64,000 nt of DNA from Squalus acanthias (Eukaryota), in NCBI GenBank assembly GCA_030390025.1, contig CM059432.1:113276001-113340000 (forward strand). Direction: 5' to 3'. Below are positions 12,444 through 24,366 of the stretch, piece by piece (the stretch's first letter is position 1; each line of letters begins with the position of its first letter). Under the pieces are notes generated by a model. The model was given only the letters and a program-made list of their open reading frames with translations. It was not told where the DNA came from and ran no database searches. Made by a program: the position numbers and the translations under genes.

Positions 12444-13366
12444 TAATGTAACGATGTGTAGCACTGAAATTTTGTCAGAATAAATGTTACAAATTTTTAG
12501 CAGCCACAACACTCCTGATACTAAAGAACCTTTAAATGACTGTGCAAAAGTTTAATTCAATCACAAACTGACAAGGAAGCAGTGAAACAGCACTAAACTG
12601 ACAGCTGCGACTGATCCCTTTTAATATCGCCTCTGGAGCTGCCATCCACTTGCATCGCGCCTGCTCTTCCTGTTGTAATCAGGGCGAGGCGCTAAGGCAG
12701 GGGGTGATAATCAATTTGGCAGATCGGGCACTCAGTGAGCGTTGAACGCTCACTGACGTCATGACCTGCCTGGCGCTAAAGCCCCAGGCACAAACTCTTA
12801 GCCACAGCGCTAAGGGGCAACTGGATTTGACGTGTAGAGCTGGATTCACCTCACCCCAGTGCGACTTCATTAGTGCCCTGTTAGTGTCCTGCCAGGCACT
12901 AACGGGAGGCACTAACCAACCATTGCATGTCGTGCAGTTGCCAAATAACTGAGCATGTCTGAGACCCGTTCTTCAGCGCATCTTCACCATGCATTTCCGC
13001 ATGGTAGTGGCTAGGCTATCAAATTCAGTTTTTTTAACAAGTTCATAGGCAAAGACACAAACCTCTCCAAGAGAAAGCTATCAATTTACCACACTTCCCT
13101 GACTTTCACAAGAATGTACATTAATACCAGATTGACACCTTTCGGTGAATTGCACTCAGGTGATTTATTGCAGTTCAACGAAGAAATTGATTTTTGAAAC
13201 ATTTCCATTTGGTGGTGTAATGAAACATTTCCTGTTTCTAACTTGCATTGTAAGTGTAAGTGTAATTATTTATCATTCTATCTCATTCATGAGCCCTGGA
13301 GGAACTTTACTGTCCAATACAATATTCTCATAATACCTTTAAAACAAAAAGCAAATGTTCTCACTT

Positions 13367-14003
13367 GGTCCAAGTTACTAACACATTTTGTTTGTTTTTT
13401 TTATTTTAGAGGACCTTTTATTTCCCAAAAATAACCCGATATATTGTGTCTGAGTCCATTTTATCAGTTCAAAATGATCCCGAATCCAAGCAGCAGTATT
13501 ACAGGATTTTTCAATGTTCATTTTATTTCCTCAAAACTTTCTTCCTTGATACACAGCAATTGGCAGGATCACCTAGACTGCTCTCAACCAGTTTATTTTA
13601 ATGAAAATTTAATTATCCCCTTTAACTTCAGGTAGATTTCCTCTTCTTGTATCAATTTATCTTATCAGTTCCAATTTCAGAAACAAGTGATGCCCAGGCT
13701 AGGTGGTTTTACATGGTGTTTTTAACATGAGAGACAGAAGAGCTCGCCATTAGTGTACAAGGTAACTTCCATATCTTATCTCCTCTTCTCGAGTACTCTG
13801 TCTCTGAAAATGAAAAAAAAAATGACCCTGAAAGGGTTAAGTCCGAGTCCAAGCATTTGAAAGGCAAAGCCTTTAGTCCAAATCGTCACCAGGCTGTGAT
13901 TTTGATGTCTGCCGATGTCTGTAGATAAGTTCTTAAATTCTTAAAACTGCTGGATCACTTGCTACGCCATCAAAAGTCATGCTGTCTGGAAAGCCACGGT
14001 CAC
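13367..14003 (-). other. Candidate host exon (poison or alternative terminal exon) in unique sequence
   Basis: Acceptor CTCTCTGTTTTGTTTTAAACAG|GTGACC at 14003; stops in all three frames within 23 codons; GA-rich motifs; second acceptor TTTTTTTTTTCATTTTCAG at ~13804; downstream AATAAA signals. Confidence 0.4.
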
Positions 14004-15123
14004 CTGTTTAAAACAAAACAGAGAGTCCATTGTGGCTCTGCTTAAGAGCCCAAGAGGTTAATTTGTCAAACCATAATTTTCCTTCTGTCACCATGGGAAA
14101 ATATCCATTTCAAATTAAGAAACTTAAAATTAATAATGTCCAATATATAAATTTCATTCAGCAATACTAAAGTTGTAGGTGGTGAACTTAAAAAGCTGTC
14201 AGTGGAAATGGTTAACTCCTTTGCAGATTTATAAGAAGGTGGAGAAAATATTGTCAGACGCACGCAATTGCGTCACTTCACGTAAATTTTTTAAAAAACT
14301 TTCGTGATCGAAAAGACAATAAATTGGCACTTGGTTCGTGGGAGGGTCTCGGACTTCCAGTAACCAAATTAAAAAGACAGTGCTTTGTAAACATTCAAAT
14401 TGATTTAAAATTAGGCCACACATTTTTAATTTAACCTATATAAGGCAATAGCAATTTGTTTACTGTAATCCAATTAAAACAAAGTACTTTGAAAAGTCCA
14501 GATTCATTTTCTACTATACATCATCAGACACCATGGCAACCGGAACTTCAAGGCTGAAGCTTATCTTTTTTTAAACATATTGCTTCTGATTTACAGTTTC
14601 CCAGTCAAAACAAATCTACACCAGCGTCTTCAACTTAAAATGTGAATCTCAAAGTTTCCTCCACTTCTAGGTACAGAATCTTAAATTGAAATGAAAATAC
14701 TCAATCAACCGCATTCACACAACTTAGAAATATTGATCCCTGTAATGGGTTATGAGCTCAAAATGTCAGATTATATGTGATATTTCCAGGTCACACAATT
14801 TCAATCAGTTCAAAAACCAAAAACATGGCTCAAGTTTCTCACAAATAATACACGTGTATACATATATAAATCAAACAATTAATAAACTTAAAACGGCACG
14901 TGCTTGTAAGAAAGGCATCAATGAAAAATGTTACCAACGTCAAAGACAAGACTACAAAGGGTTAAACGGCTTTTAGTTCTGTGCACAGAAAAGTGGGTGG
15001 AGCTAAAACAAACATAACTTTTTTTAAAGACAGACTTTTATACAAAAGAAATGCTATAACTTCTTAAACATTCACAGTCAGATAAACTTGCACCCTTTAA
15101 CAGACACTTTCTCACAAACTGAA

Positions 15124-17239
15124 ATTCCTGCTCTCACTACTGCCACTCCGCCAGTGCCCTTGCTGTTGCCTGTCAGCTAGCCAGCCCAGACTGCTGCCAC
15201 CCATGCCGAGGTGGTGCAGTCTGAAGCCGGGCCTTCTAAGCCCAGAGCTGCTCGAAGTCGTCCTGCAAGACCATCTACAGTCTCCTCCACTAAAAGTCCG
15301 CAGCCTTCCACCAGCAATGCTGCAGCCACTGGGGTAGCATTGCGTAGGAGCACTAGGACAGGCAAAGGCACATGGAAGACAGGCACTAAGGGAATGGACA
15401 AGGGTGATTAGTTGAGTGAAATATTGTAATGGTTTAATTCATAAAATTGATTTTGAATATTTGTTTTGTGGTGGCTGTTATCGTAGCATTGTGACCAAGA
15501 GGACACTGTGATGGTCAGTAACAGAGGGAAGGGAAGGTTTGGGACTATTGTTGAATGTGGAATTGGGGTTGCGTTCACTGGTACCGCAGTCGGTGAATCG
15601 ATCATGGACAGCCCAGGCAGAAAGGGGCTGTCAAGTTTGCCTCCTCCCTTTCGCTTCCTCCTCTTCTGCTCCCTCCTCCTCTTCTTCCTCCTCCTCCTCC
15701 TGCTCTTCCTCTTCCTGCTCCTCCTCCTCCTCAGATGGTCACCATATGCCTGGTGGCAAGGGCTATGCCCTCATGTTGGTGACGTTGTTGAGCAAGCAGC
15801 AGACCACCACGAATCTTGAGACACGCTCTGGTGAGTACTGCAGGGCTCCTCCAGAACGATGCAGGCAGCAGAAGTGTTGTTTAAGGAGCCCAATGGTCTG
15901 ATCTATCACATTCCATGTGGCAGCATGGCTTTCGTTAAATGCATGCTACCTACGTATGTGCCCATGATACATGAGACATGTCGTCAGTGGATAGCCCTTG
16001 TCTCCCAGTAGCCACCCCTTGGTTTGTCGTGGTGGCTCAAATGCTGATGGTACAGCGGACTGGCGCAGAATGAAGGCATCATGACTGCTGCCAGGATACC
16101 GAACATTGACCTGCATGATTCGCTGAGTATGGTCGCACACCAGCTGGATGTTGAGGGAGTGGAATCCTTTCTGGTTGCGGTACATCTCCAAATTGAGATT
16201 CGGCGTCCGCAAAGCGACGTGTGTGCAGTCAATGGTAACCTGCACCATGGGGGAGCCTGTTACCCTGGCGAAGCCATGTGCTCGCTCCGCCTGCTTCTCT
16301 CTGGCCGGAGAGAATGAAATGCATTCAGCTCTCCTTGCATACAGAGCTTCACTCCCTCCCTTATACAGGAGTGGACGGTGAACTGGGAGATGTTACAGAT
16401 GTCGCCTGCTCCAGCCTGGAAGGAGCCCGACATGAAGAGGTTCAAGGCCACGGTCACCTTTACATCCACTAGCAATGCCGTCCTCGCCCTGGACTGAGGC
16501 TGCAGGTCTGCCTGCAGCAGGTGGTAGGTTTCAGTGAGCACCTCCTTAGTGAAACGGAGACGTCGCATGCACTGTTCCTCGCTGAGGTTGAGGTAGGAAA
16601 ATTGCACCCTGAAGACCCTGGGTGGATATGGCCTCCTGCTGAGAGCCCTTCTCCCCCATCTCCCTCTTCGAGCAGCTTGTCCTGCTCTGTGTCATCTCTG
16701 CTCATTCTCCCTGTCATGCTGCAGGCCAAGGAGGATATAAACTACTGCAGCCATGTCTGGGAGCAACTGGTCTGAGCAGACCCCTTGCAAGTCATACCAA
16801 GTCCTTGAGCACTTGAGCCACACCACTGCTTGTAGACTTTAGGCAAAGTTAAAGAAGTCTAGAAAGCACCAAACACTTCTCCAAACTCAACAAGTAACCT
16901 GTAAGTAGGTGACGATCCCTTTAACTAGTGCTGGTCCCTCCCTGCTGCTGAACGCATGTTCTGCTGTGCAAGGTTAAGAAGAGGCGTTTGTTCCAGCGTT
17001 GAGGTCGAAAATGGCAGCGCTGGCATCAAATCAGCGTTGCACGCTAATTGACATCATGATCTGCAAACTCTGCATACTTACAGTGCATGCTCCCAGTGCT
17101 GACGCTAATGCCCTCACCAAAATGGCACCCGCACGACCCGCACCAGAAGTGTGCAGTCACTGCTCGGACACCATTTTTGGGCCAACTCAGCACCCATAGC
17201 GCCCAAACAACGGGCGCTATGCAACCGAATTTTTATCCA
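15124..17239 (-). mobile_element. Harbinger right half: Myb 3' end (+) and DDE nuclease pseudogene (-)
   Basis: Myb C-terminus ..RRSTRTGKG..KGMDKGD* (to 15411); nuclease IDCTHVAL, QKGFHSLNIQLVCD, YPGSSHDAFIL, LLGDKGYPL (~16765-15580); terminal GAATTTTTATCC. Confidence 0.85.
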
Positions 17240-17958
17240 TAAAAATCTCAACCCCTATACCAACCTGCCTCCAACCTGCCCGCTTCCGGGTTTAACAGAG
17301 GCAGGACAAGGGGTGGGCGGCCAACCCGCTTCCAGGAGGCGGGTTGGCCAATTAAATATGGTAATGAGGCTGGGAGCCTCAGATTGAATCTTCTTTGAAG
17401 GTTTAACCCTAGCCGGCCGGGTTTCGGAGGCCTCGGGAAACCCGGCTGCTGAAGGGAGGTGAGGATAGCTTCGGGGAGAAGGTAAGTCCCTTTACAGCAC
17501 TGCCCGTGAGCCAGGAGCAGCAGGAGCGCTTCCCCCCAGCCCCCCATGCTCCCCCCACATCAGACATTCCCCCCATACAAAGACCCCTCAGGTATGGGGA
17601 TCCGACCACCCCACTGGATTGGCCCCCCCACAGGGTCGGGTACCGGATCCCAGCCCGGATCAGACCACCCCCAGAGTCGGGGGTAAGACCCCTCCCTGGG
17701 ATTGGACCCCTCCCACGCTCCCAGTAGCAGCTGCAGACTCCTTACCTAGGACCGCAGCCTGCTCCAGGGCGCTCCCCGCCCGACCGGAAGCCAAGCCTGT
17801 CAATCACGCTGACTTCCAGGCGGGGAACCTGCAGAAAAAAACTACGCACGCTGTGGAGTCAAAACGCCACATCCTGCGGAGAAACCCAGACTTCCGGGTA
17901 TCCCGACCTAGACTCCGCCCCATAGCTGATGCAACCCACCCCCGTCAAGATCGGGGCC
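17240..17958. mobile_element. GC-rich Harbinger-type MITE or remnant
   Basis: CpG-rich; ends GTCAAGATCGGGGCC, resembling other TIRs in the window; left end unclear. Confidence 0.5.
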
Positions 17959-18339
17959 ATAGTTCCTCGGTGTAATTGAGGTACGCTGTGTGGTTTCTGT
18001 AGAACCTGTTGCATGGATATTGGCACCTTTGTTGACAACTCCCCATGGCATTCTTGCACCAGCCTCCCATGCAGCATGGTCCTCTCTGTCCTGTTGCTCC
18101 TGTTACTCAGGATCCTCTTCCTCCTCCACCCCCAATCTCAGTCCAATGTGATTGAATTTGATACTGCCTAGAGTATTCATTCATGAAGATTCATGTGAGA
18201 ATTAATTTTAATCACCTGCTATTTCCCGATTCTTTCATAACATTTCAACTCAATGTATCCCTTGGCTTAAAAGACCTATCTAGCCTTTCATCTATTGTGT
18301 TTCTAGCTTATTTTATTTTTATTTTGATCAGAACCTCAA

Positions 18340-21300
18340 GCCTCTTCCACCATTCAATTAGATCATGTCTGATCTGTATCTTAACTTTATCTACCCGCCT
18401 TGGTTCCGTAACCCTTAATATCCTTGCCTGACAAAAATCTACCAATCTCAGTTTTGAAATTTTCAATTGACCCTCGGCCTCAACAGCTTTTTGGAGGAGA
18501 GAGTTCCAGGTTGCCACTACCCTTTGTGTGAATAAATTATAATGTTATGCCCCCTTGTTCTGGACTCCCCACCAGAGGAAATAGTTTCTCTCTATCTACC
18601 ATATCAACTCCTTTAATCATCTTAAACACCTCAATTACATCACCCCTTAATCTTCTATACTCGAGCCTAGTCTGTGCAACCCGTCCTCATAATGCAACCC
18701 TTTTAGCCCCGGTATCATGCTGGTGAATCTGTGCTGCACCCACTTCAAGGCCAATATATCCTTCCTGAGGTGCGGTGCCCAGAACTGAACACAGTACACA
18801 AAATGGGGTCTAACCAGAACTTTTAAAATCTGTAACATAGAAACATAGAAACATAGAAGATAGGAGCAGGAGTAGGCCATTCGGCCCCTCGAGCCTGCTC
18901 CGCCATTCGATGAGATCATGGCTGATCATCTAAACTCAGTAACCTGTACCTGCCTTCTCCCCATATCCCTTGATACCTTTAGCTTTAAGAAATATATCTA
19001 ACTCATCCTTGAATATATTTAATGACTTCGCCTCAACTACCTTCTGTGGTAGAGAATTCCAAAGGTTCACCACTCTCTGGGTGAAGAAATTCTTCCTCAT
19101 TTCTGTCCGAAATGGTTTACCGTTATCCGTAGATTATGACCCCTGGTTCTGGACTCTCCGACCATCGGGAACATTCTTCCTGCATCTAGTTTGTCCAGAC
19201 CTGTCAGAATTTTATATGTTTCGATGAGATCCCCTCTCATTCTTCTATATTCCAGTGAGTATAAGCCCAATCGACCCAATCTCTCCTCAAATGTCATTCC
19301 TGCCATCCCAGGTATCAGCCTTGTGAATCTTCGCTGAACTCCTTCCATGGCAAGAACATCCTTCCTCAGATAAGGCGACCAAAACTGCACACAGTACTCA
19401 AGGTGTGGTCTCACCAAGGCCCTGTACAACTGCAGCAGGACATCCCTGTTCCTATACTCAAACCCTTTCGCTATGAAGGCCAACATACCATTTGCCTTCT
19501 TCACCGCCTGCTGCACCTGCATGCTTACTTTCAGCGACTGGTGCACAAGGACACCCAGGTCTCGTTGCACTTCCCCTTCTCCCAATCTATTGCCATTCAG
19601 ATAATAGTCTGCCTTTCTGTTTTTGACACCAAAGTGGATAACCTCGCACTTATCCACGTTATATTGCATCTGCCACGCTTCTGCCCACTCACCCAACCTG
19701 TCCAGATCATCCTGGAGTTTCTCGCTATCCTCCTCGCTGCACACACTCCTACCCAGCTTTGTGTCATCTGCAAACTTGGAGATATTACATTTAATTCCCT
19801 TATCTAGATCATTAATGTATATTGTGAATAGCTGAGGTCCAAGGACCGATCCCTGCGGTACCCCACTAGTCACTGCTTGCCACTCGGAAAAAGACCCATT
19901 AATTCCTACTCTCTGCTTTCTGTCCGCCAACCAGTTCTCTATCCAAGTCAATACCTTGCCCCCAATCCCATGTGCCTTAACTTTACCCGCTAATCTCTTA
20001 TGCGGGACCTTATCGAAAGCCTTTTGAAAGTCCAAATACACCACATCTACTGGTTCTCCCTTATCTATTTTCCCAGTTACATCCTCAAAAAATTCCAGTA
20101 GATTAGTCAAGCACGATTTACCTTTTGTAAATCCATGTTGACTTTGTCCGATCCTGTCACTGTTTTTCAAATGTTCAGCTATTACATCCTTTATAATGGA
20201 CTCTAGCATTTTCCCCACTACCGATGTCAGGCTTACCGGTCTGTAATTCCCCGCTTTCTCTCTACCACCCTTTTTGAATAGTGGGGTAACATTAGCTACC
20301 CTCCAATCCATGGGTACAGTTCCAGATTCCATCGAATGTTGGAAGATGATCAGCAATGCATCTGCTATTTCTAGGGCCACTTCCTTAAGTACCCTAGGAT
20401 GTAGATTATCAGGCCCTGGGGATTTATCGGCCTTCAATACCGTCAATTTACCTAACACCCTTTCCCTGCAAATACTGATTTCTTTCAGTTCCTCCCTTTC
20501 ATCAGACCGTATGTTCTCCAACATCTCTGGGAGGTTATTTGTGTCCTCCTTTGTGAAGACAGAACCAAAATATGCATTTAATTGGGCTGCCATTTCTTTG
20601 TTCCCCATTATAACTTCCCCCGCTTCTGACTGCAAGGGACCTACACTTGATTTCACTAATCTTTTTCTCTTCACATATCTATAAAAGCTCTTACAGTCAG
20701 TTTTTATGTTCCCAGCAAGCTTACTTTCATATTCTATTTTCCCCTTCTTAATTAATCCCTTTGTCCTCCTTTGTTGAATCCTAAACTGTTCCCAATCCTC
20801 AGGGCTACCGCTTTTTCTGGCCAATTTATATGCCCTCTCCTTGGATCTTATGCTATCCCTAATTTCCCTTGTTAGCCACGGTTGAGTCACCCTTTTTGTT
20901 TTATTCTTATGCCACACTGGGATGTACAACATAACTCCCACCCCTTTGTATTCCAGCCCCCTTGAGATAAAGGCCAACATTCCATTAGCCTTTTAAATTA
21001 CTTTTTGTACCTATCCACTAGCTTTTAGTGATTTCTGTACCTGGACCCCTAAATCTCTTTGCTCCTCCACAGTTCCTAGCTTCTCACCGTGTAGAAAATA
21101 CTCTGATCTATCTTTCTTAGGTCCAAAGTGGATTACCTCATATTTCATCACGTTGAACTCCATCTGCCACAGTTTTACCCACTCACTTAATCTATCAATG
21201 TCTCTTTCTGCTCTCAACTACACTATTTACTGTGCCACCTAACTTGGTGTCATCAGTACGCTTGGATATACGGCTCTCTATTCCTTCATCTAAGTCATGA

Positions 21301-21383
21301 ATAAATATAAAAATGTTGAGGCCCCAGTGCAGATCTCTGGGGGACACCACTAGCCACATCCTGTCAATTTGATTACATACCCA
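18340..21383 (-). mobile_element. Older CR1 LINE fragment hosting a young CR1
   Basis: ORF2 remnants (LVRPHFVYCVQFWAPHLRKD; WQMEFNV..HFG) on both sides of 18835-20927, colinear when joined. Confidence 0.8.
18835..20927 (-). mobile_element. Young 5'-truncated CR1 LINE with long open RT region
   Basis: ORF 19097-20980 contains NYRPVSLTS, QHGF, DFQKAFD, GVPQGSVLGP and FADD; small frameshift near 19128; (TTCTATGT)n tail; AACATA at both junctions. Confidence 0.93.
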
Positions 21384-21384
21384 A

Positions 21385-22070
21385 TGGGCTAGAAATTGCG
21401 GTCATAGAAACATAGAAAAATAGGAGCAGGAGTAGGCCATTCGGCCCTCCGGAGTACGCCTCCGACCCGCGAAACAAATACAAAAGTACCCGCTGGCAGC
21501 CAGGCTGCAAAACTTTGCGGTCTCAGGCCTCGAGGCGGAGGTCAACGTAATGGCCCTCAGATCCCAGCGTGGTGCGGAACCATTCCTGGGATCATGTGGG
21601 CCTGGTCCTCCAATCAATAAGCAGAATTCCATTTCAATCATTTATGAAGGAATCCCCTAATGAGATGCAATGGAATCCCAAAATGTAATAATTATAGAAT
21701 TACACAGAATTGGAATTTTATTCATAATTAACTTCATTCCTCCAATCTCAATAAAATTTAATTTTTTGAAAATTTTATAGATCATTAAAACTGTAATCTG
21801 GGCCAATATTTGCATAAACTCATTTAATATAGTGTATGTATAATTTAGGATATGAAAATGTTTAATTTAGGCCTTAGATATCCCCTTGCGCTGATGCAAA
21901 CAGGCATCAACCTTAAGACTTACACGGGCAATTGCTGACCAGTCACTGGGCAAATAGTCCAACTTTGTGCCAGCGATTGCTTTCTTGTGGCCCCCACAGA
22001 TGGTCTGTCTACACGTACATGGACAGGCCGCACGTTCCGGATTTTGCGCACGTGCAAGCGCAAGCGGGCC
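21385..22070. mobile_element. Harbinger-type MITE inserted in CR1, containing a ~45-bp CR1 tail
   Basis: Starts GGGCTAGAAATTGCGG; CR1 sequence is colinear on either side; ATAGAAACATAGAAAAATAGGAGCAGG tail at ~21404-21448. Confidence 0.6.
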
Positions 22071-23335
22071 ATTATCCCTACTCTCTGTCTCCTACCTCTG
22101 AACCAATTCCCTACCCATGTCAATAGGTTGCCTCCAATTCAATGCGCTCTCATTTTTGTTAACAGTCTCTTATGTGAAAACATATCAAATGCCTTCTGGA
22201 ATTCCATATAAACAACATCCATGGACACTCCCTTATCTACTGCTTTAGTGACCTCCTCAAAAAATTCAACTAGGTTTGTTAGACATGACTTACCTTTTAA
22301 AAATCCATGCTGGCTCTCTCTGATCAACTCATATTTGACCAAGTGCTCAGACACTCAATGCTGAATAACAAATTCTAGTAACTTCCCCACCACAGATGTT
22401 AGACTTATAGGTCTATAATTTCCGAATTTATCTCTCCTAAACTTCTTAAATATTGGAGTGACATTGGCTCTTCTTCTTCTTCTTAGGCAGTCCCTCGGAA
22501 CCGATTTTGACTTGCTTCCACATTAAAAATGAGTTCTCAGGTGACTGATGAGTCCAATGCGGGACCGACAGTCTCTGTCACAGGTGGGGCAGACGGTGGT
22601 TGAAGGGGCGGGAGGGTGGGGTGCTTGGGTTGACGTGCGCTCCTTGCGCTGCCTGCGCTTGGCTTCCGCTTGCTCCCGGTGAAGAGATTTGAGGTGTTTG
22701 GCGCCTTCCCGGATGCTTCTCCTCCACTTTGTGCGGTCTTGGGCCAGGGATTCCCAGGTGTCGGTGGGGATGTTACACTTTTTCAAGGAGGCTTTGAGGG
22801 TGTCCTTGAAGTGTTTCCTCTGCCCACCTGGGGCACTCTTGCCGGGTCGGAGCTCCAAGTAGAGCGCTTGTTTTGGGAGTCTCGTATCGGGCATGCGGAC
22901 AATGTGACCTGTCCATCGGAGCTGATCGAGCATGGTCAAAGCTTCGATGCTGGGGATGTTGGCCTGAGCAAGAACACTGACGTTGGTGCGCCTATCCTGC
23001 CAATGGATTTGCAGGATCTTGCGGAGGCAGCGTTGGTGGTACCTCTCCAGTGCTTTGAGGTGCCTGCTGTACATGGTCCATGTCTCTGAGGCATACAGCA
23101 GGGCAGGTATCACTGCTGCTCTGTAGACCATGAGCTTAGTGCCGGGTTTGAGGTTCTGGTCTTCAAACACTCTCTTCCTCAGGCGACCGAAGGCTGCACT
23201 GGCACACTGAAGGCGGTGTTGGACTTCGTCGTCGACGTCTACCCTTGTTGACATTGTTGACATTGTTGACATTGGCTATTGTCCAATCCAAGGCGACAAT
23301 TTCTAAATCAAGAGAGTTTTGGCAGATCATAATTA
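22070..23335 (-). mobile_element. Old CR1 RT fragment hosting an RTE insertion
   Basis: SQHGFLKGKSCLTNLVEFFEEV..FQKAFD (22139-22354); resumes after 23278. Confidence 0.75.
22469..23267 (-). mobile_element. RTE-clade LINE 3' fragment
   Basis: 249-aa open frame: LYASETWT, QLRWTGHIVRMPDTRLPKQ, C2H2 finger CPTC..HLRTH; (GAA)n tail; 11-bp TSD TGACATTGGCT. Confidence 0.9.
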
Positions 23336-23377
23336 GGGTTGATGATTGTAGCGCGTTTCATTTAGTCTACATGGATT

Positions 23378-24010
23378 TTAGAGTTTGAGTATAGGAACAG
23401 GGATGTCTTGCTGCAGTTGTACAGGGCCTTGGTGAGACCACACCTTGAGTACTGTGTGCAGTTTTGGTCGCCTTATCTGAGGAAGGATGTTCTTGCCATG
23501 GAAGGAGTTCAGCGAAGATTCACAAGGCTGATACCTAGGATGGCAGGAATAACATATGAGGAGAGATTGGGTCGATTGGGCTTATACTCGCTGGAGTATA
23601 GAAGAATGAGAGGGGCTCTCATCGAAACATATAAAATTCTGACAGGTCTGGACAAACTCGATGCAGGAAGAATGTTCCCGATGGTCGGAGAGTCCAGAAT
23701 CAGGGGTCATAATCTAAGGATAAGGGGTAAGCCATTTAGGACAGAAATGAGGAAGAATTTCTTCACCCAGAGAGTGGTGAACCTGTGGAATTCTCTACCA
23801 CAGAAGGTAGTTGAGGCCAAGTCATTAAATATATTCAAGAATGAGTTAGATATATTTCTTAAAGCTAAAGGTATCAAGGGATATGGGGAGAAGGCAGGGT
23901 ACTGAGTTTGGATGATCAGCCATGATCTCATCGAATGGCGGAGCAGGCTCAAGGGGCCGAATGGCCTACTCCTGCTCCTATCTTCTATGTTTCTATGTTT
24001 CTATGTTTCT
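23378..24010 (+). mobile_element. Young CR1 3' fragment (same subfamily as 18835-20927)
   Basis: Intact ORF2 C-terminus (23408-23905) and (TTCTATGT)n tail; near-identical to the reverse complement of 18835-19470. Confidence 0.92.
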
Positions 24011-24366
24011 AGCAAGGCTTTTGACAAGGTCCCACATGGAAGACTGGTCAGAAAAGTAAAAGCCCATGGGATCCAAGGGAAAGTGGCAAGTTGGATCCAA
24101 AATTGGCTCAGTGGCAGGAAGCAAAGGGTAATAGTCGCCTGGAAAGCTGTTTCCAGTGGGGTTCTGCGGGGCTCAGTACTAGGTCCCTTGCTTGTTGTGG
24201 TATATATCAATGATTTAGACTTCAACGTAGGGGGCATGATTAAGAAGTTTGAAGTTGATACAAAAATTGGCCGTGTGGTTGAAAGTGCGGAAGAAAGCTG
24301 TAGACTGCAGGAAGCTATCAATGGACTGGTCAGGTGGGCAGAAAAGTGGCAAATGGAATTCAATCC

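Larger units (their letters stand above)
8652..12922 (+). mobile_element. Near-complete Harbinger transposon (Myb gene on +, DDE nuclease on -, convergent)
   Basis: Left TIR GGGGGCGAAATTC; GCGCTAA-rich subterminal regions at both ends; both genes present; right TIR lost. Confidence 0.88.

Noticed and set aside
11305..12512. Domesticated HARBI1 or NAIF1 host genes
   Set aside because: Multiple frameshifted copies inside TIR-bounded elements; these are transposon relics.
19097..20980. 627-aa ORF as a functional gene
   Set aside because: Chimeric: the first ~18 aa come from the older host CR1 and the rest is a 5'-truncated CR1 ORF2 lacking the endonuclease, with a frameshifted end.
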